Assembly: GCA_039186435.1 (NCBI GenBank)
Contig: JBCDAA010000003.1
Location: 1 to 60,857, forward strand
DNA: 60,857 nucleotides
Reading direction: 5' to 3'
Source: Myxococcota bacterium
GTDB lineage: Bacteria > Myxococcota_A > Polyangia > Polyangiales > Houyiibacteriaceae
A program made the position numbers and the translations under genes. Positions 19,238-28,985 of this stretch are shown piece after piece. The notes beneath the pieces are model-generated. The model made no database searches and was not told the DNA's origin. It saw nothing but the letters and a program-made list of their open reading frames with translations. Within the stretch, counting starts at the first letter, position 1; each line of letters opens with the position of its first letter.

Positions 19238-20227
19238 GTGTGTACCTCCAGCTTGGCGATCGTTGCGCTGTGCTTCGCCTGCGCTGCGCGGACCACGCCT
19301 CCAGCGACCGCAAACGAAACCGAAGCGATCGAGCGGCTCGGCTGCGATTCCGTTGATGCACTCCTTCGAACAACCGAGCGCCAGGCGGAAGACCCGGAGT
19401 CGGCGCGCTTGCTGGCCCTGCAGCTTCGGCTGATTCGCGACGCCGAAATCGTTGTGCCCGACGAAGAGGTAGAACGCGCAGTCGAACTTTCTCAGCGCAC
19501 GAACAACCTGACGCCTGACGCGTTCTGGGCGGCTGTTGCACGCGAGGGTTACACGCCCACGTCGTATCGGCGCGAGCTTCGTTGGAATCTATTCAAGCTA
19601 CTTCTCGATGAACGGCTCGTCGCTGGGTACGGAAACGAAGGCGAGTACGAAGACCGGCTGGCCCAAGTTCTCGCGCGCTTTGCGCATGTCGAGACGACTC
19701 GTTCCGAATCGGGAGGCTGCGTTGAGGTCTGGCCGAGGCTCCAGGTGGGTGAGATTACGTTCGAGGGTGGCTTCCTCGACACGGACGAACCCGTCTTTGC
19801 TCCCATTCGCCCACACAATCCGGAGACCGTCGGTTCGCTAGGCGCGCGACCCTCGCTGATGTCGCACCTCCGACGCTCGTTGGAGGACCGGGGTCACTAC
19901 CACTCGACGATTCAGATGCGCTTCACGCCAGAGCTCATCATCGTGCGCGTCACACTCCAATCGTACGTGGTTCTGGCGTCTCTCGAAGTGGACGATAGCG
20001 AGTGTGAGGTTGGCGCTTTACTCGGCTCGCACGCCGAGGTTCTCGAAGCATTTCCCTATCGCGTCGGCGACAGGATGCACGAGTCCGTGGCGAACTGGAA
20101 CATGGAGGTGAACCAGCGCCTCGACCTTTCGCAGCACGAGTGTACGTTTGAGCCGCGCACGCGTGTCGACGCAGAGGGCGCCCACATTGTGCTTCGGTTC
20201 GTGCGCCGTGCCGAGCGAACGGAATGA
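19238..20227 (+). CDS. Hypothetical lipoprotein with a SurA N-terminal-like segment
   Basis: Lipobox-like CFAC. VPDEEVERAV...NNLTPDAFWAAVAREGYT...YRRELR resembles SurA_N. Confidence 0.55.
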   Translation: MCTSSLAIVALCFACAARTTPPATANETEAIERLGCDSVDALLRTTERQAEDPESARLLALQLRLIRDAEIVVPDEEVERAVELSQRTNNLTPDAFWAAVAREGYTPTSYRRELRWNLFKLLLDERLVAGYGNEGEYEDRLAQVLARFAHVETTRSESGGCVEVWPRLQVGEITFEGGFLDTDEPVFAPIRPHNPETVGSLGARPSLMSHLRRSLEDRGHYHSTIQMRFTPELIIVRVTLQSYVVLASLEVDDSECEVGALLGSHAEVLEAFPYRVGDRMHESVANWNMEVNQRLDLSQHECTFEPRTRVDAEGAHIVLRFVRRAERTE

Positions 20228-20266
20228 CTCCGTAGAGTGATTCGGCGGCGTGGCGCCAATCCATAC

Positions 20267-20797
20267 CTATGCGCTCTGCGCCACCAGGGTCAGGAGAACC
20301 GCTGAACCTTCGGTATGCGCTCGCCGGATCGCGGTTTGAAGATGAGAAACAAGGAGAGCGATGGCCTCGGCCTCCGTCTCTGCCGCGTTGGCGGGGTCCG
20401 GGTCCTCGGGAATCGGGTCCTCGAGAATCGCGCGTACGTCGTCGATGTGGCCCCCGACGTGATCGCAGAGTTCGTGCGCGACCTGAACGACATCGAGGGA
20501 GCGCGCAATCTGGGTTGCGTGGGAGAGTGGGTCACCGGAGAGCGACCGCAGTGCCGCGTCTCGTTCGAAGAGAGCCTCAAGCTCCATCTCCTCTGGCGAG
20601 AGGTGTGACCAGCGGAGCGGCAAGACCTGATCGACGACACCGAGCTGAATGGGCTCGCGACCAAGATGGACCCAGAGCACCTCGACAAGCTCTCCATCGA
20701 GAGTGTCAGAGTCGGGGTCCTCATCGAGCTCCTCGCAGCGCTCGGCGATCTCTTCTTCGTCGAGGAGGAAGATCCGAAACGACTGCGTGCCGCCCAT
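20267..20797 (-). CDS. Hypothetical acidic protein
   Basis: Probable ATG at 20797 (MGGTQSFRIFLL), 8 bp after the upstream stop, with globular composition. Confidence 0.6.
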   Translation of the reverse strand: MGGTQSFRIFLLDEEEIAERCEELDEDPDSDTLDGELVEVLWVHLGREPIQLGVVDQVLPLRWSHLSPEEMELEALFERDAALRSLSGDPLSHATQIARSLDVVQVAHELCDHVGGHIDDVRAILEDPIPEDPDPANAAETEAEAIALLVSHLQTAIRRAHTEGSAVLLTLVAQSA

Positions 20798-20805
20798 CGG
20801 AGCCC

Positions 20806-21438
20806 TTAGTGCAGGTGTTCGCGCAGGCCGCGGTTGAGTTCGCCGTGTGCGCGTTTGAAGTCGTACCACCCGCGGGCGATCGTGCTGACCTTGTCGCGGG
20901 CCGCGTCTTCGTCGTAGCGAGACTCGGGATCGATCGCTTCGAGATACGCGAGGTAGTCGCTGAATCCGCCGCGGAGAACGCCGACGGCGGCGACGAGGTC
21001 GTTGACGTTGGAGACCATGTCCTCGGGCGGGATCAAGGCACGAAGGCGAGGTTCGAGATCCTCGAGCCGGTCGAGGCACTCGCGGCGGATGTAGGTCGCA
21101 AAGCGTGCTCCGCCGCGGGTTGCGCGCTCGTTGAGCTCTGCCGCGAGCTCTTCGTTGTTCGAGACTTCTTCGCGCCCCTGAAAGACACAGCCCCAAAACC
21201 CGTCGAAGAGGTCTCGCTTGGCGCCGTTCACGTTTTGCCCGAGCGTCTCGTAGGCCTCGTCGTCGCCTCCCAGCATGAAGAACGCGAGGCCTCCGCCAAG
21301 GACGAGGACGAGCGCGGCGATCAGCCCAATGAGGCCGCCCTTTCCGGCGCGCATGGCGCGCTCCTCGTCCTCGAGAGAAGGGCTGGGTCCCAGAGGTGGG
21401 AGCCCCCCGCCCACGCGCTGGAGATCGTTGGGATCCAT
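20806..21438 (-). CDS. Hypothetical single-pass membrane protein
   Basis: ATG at 21438 (MDPNDLQ), one TM helix, and a helical C-terminal domain with 2 Cys. Confidence 0.65.
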   Translation of the reverse strand: MDPNDLQRVGGGLPPLGPSPSLEDEERAMRAGKGGLIGLIAALVLVLGGGLAFFMLGGDDEAYETLGQNVNGAKRDLFDGFWGCVFQGREEVSNNEELAAELNERATRGGARFATYIRRECLDRLEDLEPRLRALIPPEDMVSNVNDLVAAVGVLRGGFSDYLAYLEAIDPESRYDEDAARDKVSTIARGWYDFKRAHGELNRGLREHLH

Positions 21439-21598
21439 CGACCGAACGTACCTCGCGAGGGCGATGAGGGGAAAGCCGCGAACGTGCGTGCTCGCTGAAA
21501 CAAGGGAAGACGAGGGCGGGCGGGCTGTGTTTGCGCCCCGTGAGGGACCGCACGACCAAACGCGAAGGTCGTTCGTCTGCATCGCGAGGAGGAGTGAC

Positions 21599-22255
21599 AT
21601 GCAGCAGATTCTTTGGGCTGGCGTCCTAACGCTGGCGACTCTGGGTACCGCGAAAGCGGACGTTCTTTCCGGCCTCGAGCTCTCCGCGGGCATCGGTGTT
21701 CTTGGCCACAACACCACCGGCGTGGGCGATCCGCTTCTCGACTATGGCTACGACCGCGAGGCCGGGCCGGTTGCCGACGCGAAGCTTCGTTTTGTCTTCG
21801 GCAGCAACCGCTATTTTCGACATGGCGTGACCTTCCGCGGCGGCGTGCAGCGTGGCCGCGCCTTTGGCCGGGATGGCTTCGGGTACCGCTGGGGATTTGC
21901 AGACGTCGGCTATTCCTTTCGCACGATCCTGCCTTGCATGAGCAGTCAGGATCGGCGCATCTACGCGGCCGCCACGCTCGGGATCAGTGGCGCGCACGCG
22001 GACGCGGGAACGGGTCGCGGCGAGATGGGAACGGACGCGAACCTTCGCAGGGCGGCCTCTGACGAGTTCGACCACTGGGCGCTCGGCTGGGTCCTCGGCG
22101 GAGAGATCGAAGTGCATTTTAAGCACTTCCTCATCGGCCTCGACATCGACATGCGTCGCCTCTACGGCCTCGACACCGCCCAGGATCGGACGATGCTGAG
22201 CTCGGCCGTTCTTCGCCTCGGCATCGGCTTCGACTTCACCGATCACCAGTACTGA
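21599..22255 (+). CDS. Small outer-membrane beta-barrel-like protein
   Basis: RBS GAGGAGGAG, signal peptide (AKA|D), amphipathic strands, and C-terminal LRLGIGFDF. Confidence 0.7.
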   Translation: MQQILWAGVLTLATLGTAKADVLSGLELSAGIGVLGHNTTGVGDPLLDYGYDREAGPVADAKLRFVFGSNRYFRHGVTFRGGVQRGRAFGRDGFGYRWGFADVGYSFRTILPCMSSQDRRIYAAATLGISGAHADAGTGRGEMGTDANLRRAASDEFDHWALGWVLGGEIEVHFKHFLIGLDIDMRRLYGLDTAQDRTMLSSAVLRLGIGFDFTDHQY

Positions 22256-22346
22256 GGCGCCCGCCGGCCTTTGCTGGCCATCCCCGGGAAAGGTGCTAGC
22301 CCCAGGGATTGCGCTTCTGAGCATTCGAGGAGCGCGGGAGGCCCGC

Positions 22347-24767
22347 ATGACCCGCGAAGAGCTCGCGACACGGACCGAAAAAAAGCCAACGAAATCAAGC
22401 GCTGATGTTCCGCCTCCGTCGACCGACGAGGAGCTCGAGCGGATTGTTGGTGAGGAGGAAAAGGTCCTCGCCCGGGTCGCCCGAACTCTGAAGCAGAAGC
22501 GGGGCGGTCGGCGCACGCCACTGATCGATTACGACGCGGAGCTGGTCGCCCTTCGCGATCAGATCCGCAACGCCCGTCTCGAGGACATTCCGCCGCTCAT
22601 CGAAGAGATGGAGCGCCTTCAGGGCGTGGCGCAGCGTCGCGCCAAGGTTTCCGAAGGTATGGTCGATCCGATGGCGCCCTATTTTGGGCGACTGGTCCTC
22701 GAAGAAAACGAGCGCAAGCGCGAGGTCCTGATCGGGCGAAGCACGTACCTCGACTCCAAGACGGGCGTACGCATCGTGGACTGGCGCGACGCGCCGGTCA
22801 GCCGGATCTACTACCGCTACGAAGAGGGCGACGACTACGAAGAGACCTTCGGCACGCGGGAGATCGAAGGCGAGGTGCTCGTCCGCCGCGCCCTCTCCAT
22901 CGGTCAGGGTCGCCTGAAGCGCATCGGTTCGCCGCAGGGAACCTTCATTCGGAAGCTCGACGGAAGCTGGCGGCGTGCCGGCGCGAGCGCGGTGAAGCTC
23001 TCAGGCGGACAGGGCGCAGCGATGCGTCCCGAAAAGCATCACAAGCCGGGCAAGCTGGGCATTCAAGACGACGACCTCGAGCGCGCCGAGGACAAATCGC
23101 TCTCCGAGATCACCGCGCTGATCGATCCCGCGCAGTTCGACCTCATCACGAAGCCGACCTCGGGCCTGGTGGTGATTCAGGGCGGGGCCGGTAGCGGAAA
23201 GACGACGATCGGTCTGCACCGCTTGGCGTATCTCGCGTTCCAGGATCGCCGCCGCTTTCGTCCGGATCGAATGCTTGTGGTCGTCTTCAACGACGCGCTC
23301 GTTCGCTACATCGGTCGCGTTCTCCCGGCGCTCGGCGTCGAAGGCGTCACGGTGCTCACCTACGAGCGCTGGGCGTCGAAGTTCAGGGACAAGCACATCC
23401 CTCATCTGCCCAAGCGCTATGCCGAGGACACCCCCTCGGTCGTCACGCGATTCAAGAAGCATCCGGTGATGCTGCGGCTCATCGAGGAGTACGCGGAGTC
23501 CATTGCGCTGGACGTAGAGAACGCGATCCTCGACACCGCCAAGAAGCTCGAAGGTGGTGGCAAGGCCCTTCGCATCTGGCGGGGCACGCGCGAGCAGGCG
23601 CCGGTGGTTCGCGCCAAGGTGCTTCGCGAGTGGCTCAAGGGCGACGGCAAGGAGCTCGAGCTTGAGACCCGTCACGCGATCGAACGTGCGCTCGACCGTG
23701 CGGAGGAGCGCGCCTCCGACGTGGTTGGCGCGTGGGCTGAGATTCTGACGGACAAGACCCGCATCGAGTCGGCTTTCGCGAAGCATGCGCCCGAGGCCAT
23801 GAGCGCGACGGAGATCGGCTGGGCGCATTCGTGGTGCGCGCGGCGGATTCCCAAGGCGACCTTCTGGCGCGAGGAGCGTCTCGAAGCGATTCGGGATGGG
23901 GAGAAGCCTGCGTCGGCATCGCTCCGCGGCGTGGACGGCCGCGATGAAGCGGAGATCCCGACCCTCGACCGCGAGGATGACGCGATCCTTCTTCGCCTTC
24001 ATCAGCGTCTGGTCGGACCGCTCATGCGCAAGCGCGAGCGGCTTGCCTATGAGCATATGTTTGTCGACGAGACGCAGGACCTGAGCCCGCTGGAGCTTGC
24101 GGTCGTGCTCGAGACCTCGTCGAAGGGCAAGAGCGTGACCCTCGCCGGCGATGTCGCGCAGAAGCTCTACATGGACAACGGCTTCACCGACTGGCGAAGC
24201 GTTCTTGGCCAGCTCGGCCTCGATCACGTGGAGATCGAACCGCTTCGTTTGAGCTATCGATCGACGCACGAGATCCTCGACTTTGCGACGGAGGTGCTCG
24301 GGCCGCTTCGCAATCAGGTCGAAGGCCGGGCCACGCGTCACGGCGCCCCGGTGGAGCTCTTTCGTTTCACGACGAGCGGTGAAGCCGTCGCAATGCTCTC
24401 GGAGGCGCTGCGCGATTTGGTGCGCGCGGAGCCGATGGCCTCGGTGTGTGTGATCGCGCGTTACCCCGAGCAGGCGGACGTCTACTTCAAGGGGCTGCAG
24501 CGCGGTGAGGTCCCGAATCTCCGCCGCATTGCCGAGCAGGACTTTCCCTTTCGTCCGGGCATCGACGTGACCGATGTTCGTCAGGTGAAAGGCCTCGAGT
24601 TCGACTACGTCGTGCTCGTCGAAGCCAACGCCGCGACCTATCCCGAAGACGACGAAGCGCGTCACCTCGTGCACATCGCGGCGACTCGCGCGGCGCATCA
24701 GCTTTGGGTGATGTCGTCGGGGTCGCCTTCGCTGCTGATTCCGGAAGATCTTCGTAAGCGCGTCTAG
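22347..24767 (+). CDS. HelD-like SF1 (UvrD/Rep-family) ATPase
   Basis: PYFGR, IVDWRDAP, Walker A GGAGSGKTT..LHRLAYL, DETQD, GDVAQ, SYRST, and KGLEFD. This motif set is typical of HelD. Confidence 0.8.
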   Translation: MTREELATRTEKKPTKSSADVPPPSTDEELERIVGEEEKVLARVARTLKQKRGGRRTPLIDYDAELVALRDQIRNARLEDIPPLIEEMERLQGVAQRRAKVSEGMVDPMAPYFGRLVLEENERKREVLIGRSTYLDSKTGVRIVDWRDAPVSRIYYRYEEGDDYEETFGTREIEGEVLVRRALSIGQGRLKRIGSPQGTFIRKLDGSWRRAGASAVKLSGGQGAAMRPEKHHKPGKLGIQDDDLERAEDKSLSEITALIDPAQFDLITKPTSGLVVIQGGAGSGKTTIGLHRLAYLAFQDRRRFRPDRMLVVVFNDALVRYIGRVLPALGVEGVTVLTYERWASKFRDKHIPHLPKRYAEDTPSVVTRFKKHPVMLRLIEEYAESIALDVENAILDTAKKLEGGGKALRIWRGTREQAPVVRAKVLREWLKGDGKELELETRHAIERALDRAEERASDVVGAWAEILTDKTRIESAFAKHAPEAMSATEIGWAHSWCARRIPKATFWREERLEAIRDGEKPASASLRGVDGRDEAEIPTLDREDDAILLRLHQRLVGPLMRKRERLAYEHMFVDETQDLSPLELAVVLETSSKGKSVTLAGDVAQKLYMDNGFTDWRSVLGQLGLDHVEIEPLRLSYRSTHEILDFATEVLGPLRNQVEGRATRHGAPVELFRFTTSGEAVAMLSEALRDLVRAEPMASVCVIARYPEQADVYFKGLQRGEVPNLRRIAEQDFPFRPGIDVTDVRQVKGLEFDYVVLVEANAATYPEDDEARHLVHIAATRAAHQLWVMSSGSPSLLIPEDLRKRV

Positions 24768-24776
24768 GCGCATCGC

Positions 24777-26333
24777 ATGAATGCGTTCGCCGCGTTCGAT
24801 CCCGCATGGATCGTGCACCAGGATTCACACGTTCTCGTGCTGAACAAACCGGCGGGGGTGCCGTGCATGGCGCCCCGGCAAGGAATCGTCGATGACCTTC
24901 CCTCCCGCGCATCGAAGGCGCTCGGGCAAACGCTCAAGGTGCACCAGCGTCTCGACGCGGCGACCTCGGGGTTGATCGTCTACAGCCTTTCGGATGCCGC
25001 CACGCGCAGCCTTGCAGCGCAGTTTGAATCGCGCTCCGTGAAGAAGCGTTACCTCGTCGCGGCGAACTGGCGCGGCAACGGGCGGGTCCTCGACGGTCGT
25101 CTCGATGGGAAGAAGGCGCGTACGGAGGTGGAGGTACTCTCGCGCCGGGGAGACCGCGCGCTTCTCTCCGCGACCATCGAGACCGGGCGCCGCCATCAGA
25201 TCCGGCGCCACCTCGCCGATGCGGGAGCGCCAGTGGCAGGCGATCTTCGTTACGGCGGACCGCCGGCGCCGCACCTTCTGCTCCAGAGCGAGACCCTCGA
25301 GATCCACCAAGGCCGCTGGTCCCTTCCGGCGCTTCCGGTGTTCGATCACTGGCTCGAGGGGGAGGATTCAACGCCCCTCGACGAGGTTGGCGCGCTCGAA
25401 ACGCGTCTTCGCGGCGCGGCGCAGCAGCGGTACTGGCTCAGCCAAACGTCGACCACCTGTTTTCGTCTCGCCAACGGGGAGGGCGACGGTCTCCGCGGCT
25501 TCGCGGTGGACGTCTACGGCGATCACTTCGTGCTGCACCTCTACGACGAAGGAAGCAAGCACGAGGAGACGATCCTCGACGCGCTGATGCGCCTTGGACC
25601 GGGGGGCATCTACGTCAAGCGGCGTCCCCGTCAGGCGAACGAGTTGGTCGAGGCCGGTGAGCGCGCGCCTGCGGGGCCTCTTCGTGGTGTGCCGGCGCCC
25701 GATCCGCTGATCGTCCACGAGGAAGACGTCGCGTACTCAGTACGTCTCGGGGATGGGCTGAGCACGGGGCTCTTTCTCGATCAACGAGACGCGCGCCGTC
25801 GAGTTCGTGAGAGCGCCAAGGGAAAAAGTGTTCTGAACCTCTTCGCGTATACAGGCGGGTTTTCGATCGCTGCGGCGGTCGGCGGCGCGAATCGCGTTGC
25901 GAGTGTGGACGCGTCGAAGGGCGCTCTCGCGCGGGCGGAAGCCGCGATGCATACGCTCGGCTTCGCGGACCACGAAACCTGGCGGCACGACTGCTTCGAT
26001 GCGCTTGCGATTCTCAAGAAGCGCGGCGACCGTTTTGACATCGTCGTCGCCGATCCGCCGACCTATTCGCGGGTGAAGAAGAAGCGTTGGACGTCGGGGA
26101 AAGACTGGACCCGTCTCGCAGAGGCGTGCTTTCACGTTTGTGAGCGGGGAGCGACGCTTCTGCTGAGCAGCAACGACAGCCGCATGAGTGCCAGAGCCTT
26201 TCGCCGCTTTGTGCACGAAGGAGCGCGCCGCGCGAACGTGGAGATTCAGTCCCTTCGGGATCTTCCCGACCCGCCCGACTTTCCCGCGCGGGAGGCGGCG
26301 CTCAAGCGTCTGTGGGTGACACTTCTTCCGTGA
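24777..26333 (+). CDS. Fusion of an RluA-family pseudouridine synthase and an RlmI/RlmK-type SAM methyltransferase
   Basis: LNKPAG, HQRLDAATSG, TGRRHQIR.HL...G.PVAGD.RYG, then GEGDG...VD.YG, STGLFLDQR, VLNLFAYTGGFS, and DPPTY. Confidence 0.85.
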   Translation: MNAFAAFDPAWIVHQDSHVLVLNKPAGVPCMAPRQGIVDDLPSRASKALGQTLKVHQRLDAATSGLIVYSLSDAATRSLAAQFESRSVKKRYLVAANWRGNGRVLDGRLDGKKARTEVEVLSRRGDRALLSATIETGRRHQIRRHLADAGAPVAGDLRYGGPPAPHLLLQSETLEIHQGRWSLPALPVFDHWLEGEDSTPLDEVGALETRLRGAAQQRYWLSQTSTTCFRLANGEGDGLRGFAVDVYGDHFVLHLYDEGSKHEETILDALMRLGPGGIYVKRRPRQANELVEAGERAPAGPLRGVPAPDPLIVHEEDVAYSVRLGDGLSTGLFLDQRDARRRVRESAKGKSVLNLFAYTGGFSIAAAVGGANRVASVDASKGALARAEAAMHTLGFADHETWRHDCFDALAILKKRGDRFDIVVADPPTYSRVKKKRWTSGKDWTRLAEACFHVCERGATLLLSSNDSRMSARAFRRFVHEGARRANVEIQSLRDLPDPPDFPAREAALKRLWVTLLP

Positions 26334-26826
26334 AGGGGTGCTCCGTTTTCCACATGCGCCACATCAACACGATCGGGATCGTGAACCACGGGGCGTTGAG
26401 GGCGAGCACGAGCGGCAGGTAGTCGGTGGGATGACCGCCGACGGTTTCTTCAAAGCAGATGATGAACACGTTGGTCATCATCACGCTGCCCCAAACGAAG
26501 CACCAGTTGCGGATCCAGTCCTTGCCCTTGGTGAACGCGTAGATGCCCGCGATGTAGAAAGGCAGAAAGAAGAGCTGATCGATCCAAATCGTCGCGCGCC
26601 ACCAGGCTTCGCGCGCCATCAGCGGTGGGTCGAAGTTGCTTCCGTACCAGTGGATCAAGTCGACGAAGGGCGCGGGCGGCCAGATCGGGTAGTCGAAGTC
26701 GCTCGGGTCATCGATCATCAGCTGCTCGATGTCGACGATGGTCGTAATGAAGAGCGCGTTCAGAAGGAAGAAGCCGACGAAGAGGTAGTCGAGCTTCCGC
26801 TCTTTGAGGGGAATGACGCGTCGCAT
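26302..26826 (-). CDS. EXPERA/EBP-domain membrane protein (sterol isomerase/TMEM97-like)
   Basis: Four TM helices, WY..NFDP.L, W.DQLF..PFY, and NAPWFTIP. Confidence 0.7.
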   Translation of the reverse strand: MRRVIPLKERKLDYLFVGFFLLNALFITTIVDIEQLMIDDPSDFDYPIWPPAPFVDLIHWYGSNFDPPLMAREAWWRATIWIDQLFFLPFYIAGIYAFTKGKDWIRNWCFVWGSVMMTNVFIICFEETVGGHPTDYLPLVLALNAPWFTIPIVLMWRMWKTEHPFTEEVSPTDA

Positions 26827-26893
26827 GCGAGCGAGAGCATAGAGCACATCTCGAAATCGGACGCCAGCGTTTCGCGTGCTTGAGCGCGCGTCT

Positions 26894-28912
26894 TCAGGTT
26901 CGTTTGCAGGACGCGATCATCGCCCGCACGGCACCACGGAGGGTTTCTCCTTCGATCGGCTTTTCGAGCACAGGCAGGACGACGCTGTCCAAGAACACTC
27001 GGCCCTCGTCGGTGAATACGCCGCCGGTGATGAGGATCATGCGCTTTGCGAGTTCAGGGCGACTCGCGGCGATCGCCGCGTGAAAGGCAGGCCCGCTCAT
27101 GGAAGGCATCATCAGATCGCTCAAGATGACGTCCCAGACTTCGCCGTTCCGAATTCGCGCCAGGGCGATGGACGGCTCACTGACGACATCTACCTGGTGG
27201 GGTCGGAGAAGACGGGCAAGGGCTCGCCCCACGGCAAGGTCATCGTCCACGATCAGGACGCGCGCCGATCCGACTCGCGGGACCGGAGTCCGCGGAGGCT
27301 CCATCGCCGGAGTTGCGGAAGCCCTCGCGGCCGCGAGCCGTACGCGCACGCGCGTCCCTTGGCCGACCGTCGACCGAACCTCGACGCGGCCGCCGAAGGA
27401 CGAGACGATTCCGTGGCAGATCGCGAGACCAAGTCCGGTTCCCGTCCCCTGAGGTTTGGTGGTGAAGAAGGGCGTGAACGCTTCGCGCAGAACTTCGGGC
27501 GTCATCCCGACGCCGGAATCCTCCACTTCGAAGAACACGTCATCGCCGTCTTGGCCCGCGCGGACCGTGACCATGTTGTCCGCGACGCTGCCCGTCTGAA
27601 TTGCCTGGCACGCGTTGACGATCAGGTTCACGGCCACCTGCACGAGCTGCGCTTCATCCGCCTCCACCGGCGGGGTGTCGTCCGCGACCTCAATCGCAAA
27701 GCGCGTGCGATGTCGCAGTTCGTTTCCGCAGAGGCGCGCCGCCGTTTCGAGGATGCTGCGAAGCTCGAGAACCTCGGTGTTGCGATCGGCGGTTCGAGAG
27801 AACGTTTTGAGGCCGCCAACGATCTTCTTGATGCGCTGGGTGCCCTCCCGAATCTCCTCGATCAGCGTCGAGAGCTCTCGCAGCTCGGGTCTCGGGTCCG
27901 TGACAAGCTCGGCGATTTCCTCGGAGAGGGCGAGCGCGTTCGCGTGGATGTAGCTGAGCGGATTGTTGATCTCGTGGGCAACCCCGGCAGCCAGGGTGCC
28001 GACCGACGCCATCTTTTCCGCTTGAACGAGGCGCCGCTGCAACGCCCGGTCATCGGTGATGTCGCGGAACACGCCGAAGATCGCGGTCACGTCGCCGGTG
28101 TTGCGGTCGATCTGCGGTCTTCCCGACGTCTGGACGAGCCGAATGCTGCCGTCGGTTCGAAGCAAACGCCCTTCAAACTCGAACGGGGTTTGCGTCGTTC
28201 GCGTCCGCTCAAGAAGTTCGGAGAGACGACTCCGATCGTCCGGATGATAGGCGTTGACCGCAGCTTCGATCGTGGGCGTGTAGCTGCCGGGGTCGAGGCC
28301 GTGAATCTCGTAGACCTGCTGTGACCAGAACATGTGGTTTTGCACGAGGTCGACTCGCCAGTGACCCACGCCAGCGAGCTCTTCCGCGATCGTGAGGAGC
28401 TCCGTCCGCTCGACCGCTGTTTCGGTGATCTTGCGACTTCGCAGTAGCTCGAGCGTGGTGGCCGCGAGTGATTCAAGCACCGCTTTTTGGTGGTGGTCGA
28501 GCTTGCGTGGTTTGTGGTCGACGACGCAGAACGTACCGATCGAGCCGCGCGATGTGACGAGGGGGGCGCCCGCGTAAAACCTCACGTGGGGCTGTCCCTG
28601 CACCAGCGGGTTGTTCGCGAAGCGGGCGTCCTTGAGGGTGTCTTCGACCTCCATGAGCTGGTCACCGAGGATGGTCCACGAGCAAAGTCCGTGGTCGCGC
28701 GAGAGCTCCGGGACGTCGACACCCACGCGGGACTTGAACCAATGCCGCCGCTCGTCGACGAGCGACACCAGCGCGATCGGGACATCGAGAAAGGTGCAGG
28801 CGAGCTCCGTGAGGCGCTCAAAGACGTCCTCCGGTGCAGAATCGAGGACGCCGAGCTCACGAAGGGCGGCGAGTCGCTCTACCTCGCCGTCGGGTATCGG
28901 CGCTCGCTGCAT
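26894..28912 (-). CDS. Hybrid sensor kinase GAF-PAS-HisKA-HATPase-REC
   Basis: Start MQRAPIPDGEVERLAAL (GAF; VRFYAGAPL), PAS (YHPDDR), AHEINNPL, FTPFFTTKP.G.GTGLGL, and REC (VDDD, DLMMP, KP). Confidence 0.92.
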   Translation of the reverse strand: MQRAPIPDGEVERLAALRELGVLDSAPEDVFERLTELACTFLDVPIALVSLVDERRHWFKSRVGVDVPELSRDHGLCSWTILGDQLMEVEDTLKDARFANNPLVQGQPHVRFYAGAPLVTSRGSIGTFCVVDHKPRKLDHHQKAVLESLAATTLELLRSRKITETAVERTELLTIAEELAGVGHWRVDLVQNHMFWSQQVYEIHGLDPGSYTPTIEAAVNAYHPDDRSRLSELLERTRTTQTPFEFEGRLLRTDGSIRLVQTSGRPQIDRNTGDVTAIFGVFRDITDDRALQRRLVQAEKMASVGTLAAGVAHEINNPLSYIHANALALSEEIAELVTDPRPELRELSTLIEEIREGTQRIKKIVGGLKTFSRTADRNTEVLELRSILETAARLCGNELRHRTRFAIEVADDTPPVEADEAQLVQVAVNLIVNACQAIQTGSVADNMVTVRAGQDGDDVFFEVEDSGVGMTPEVLREAFTPFFTTKPQGTGTGLGLAICHGIVSSFGGRVEVRSTVGQGTRVRVRLAAARASATPAMEPPRTPVPRVGSARVLIVDDDLAVGRALARLLRPHQVDVVSEPSIALARIRNGEVWDVILSDLMMPSMSGPAFHAAIAASRPELAKRMILITGGVFTDEGRVFLDSVVLPVLEKPIEGETLRGAVRAMIASCKRT

Positions 28913-28985
28913 TCCATAACTATCACTGCAATCTTCTCTCAGGGCAACTGTTCTGAGCCCGTTCGACAAGAACGCCACCAAAGAT

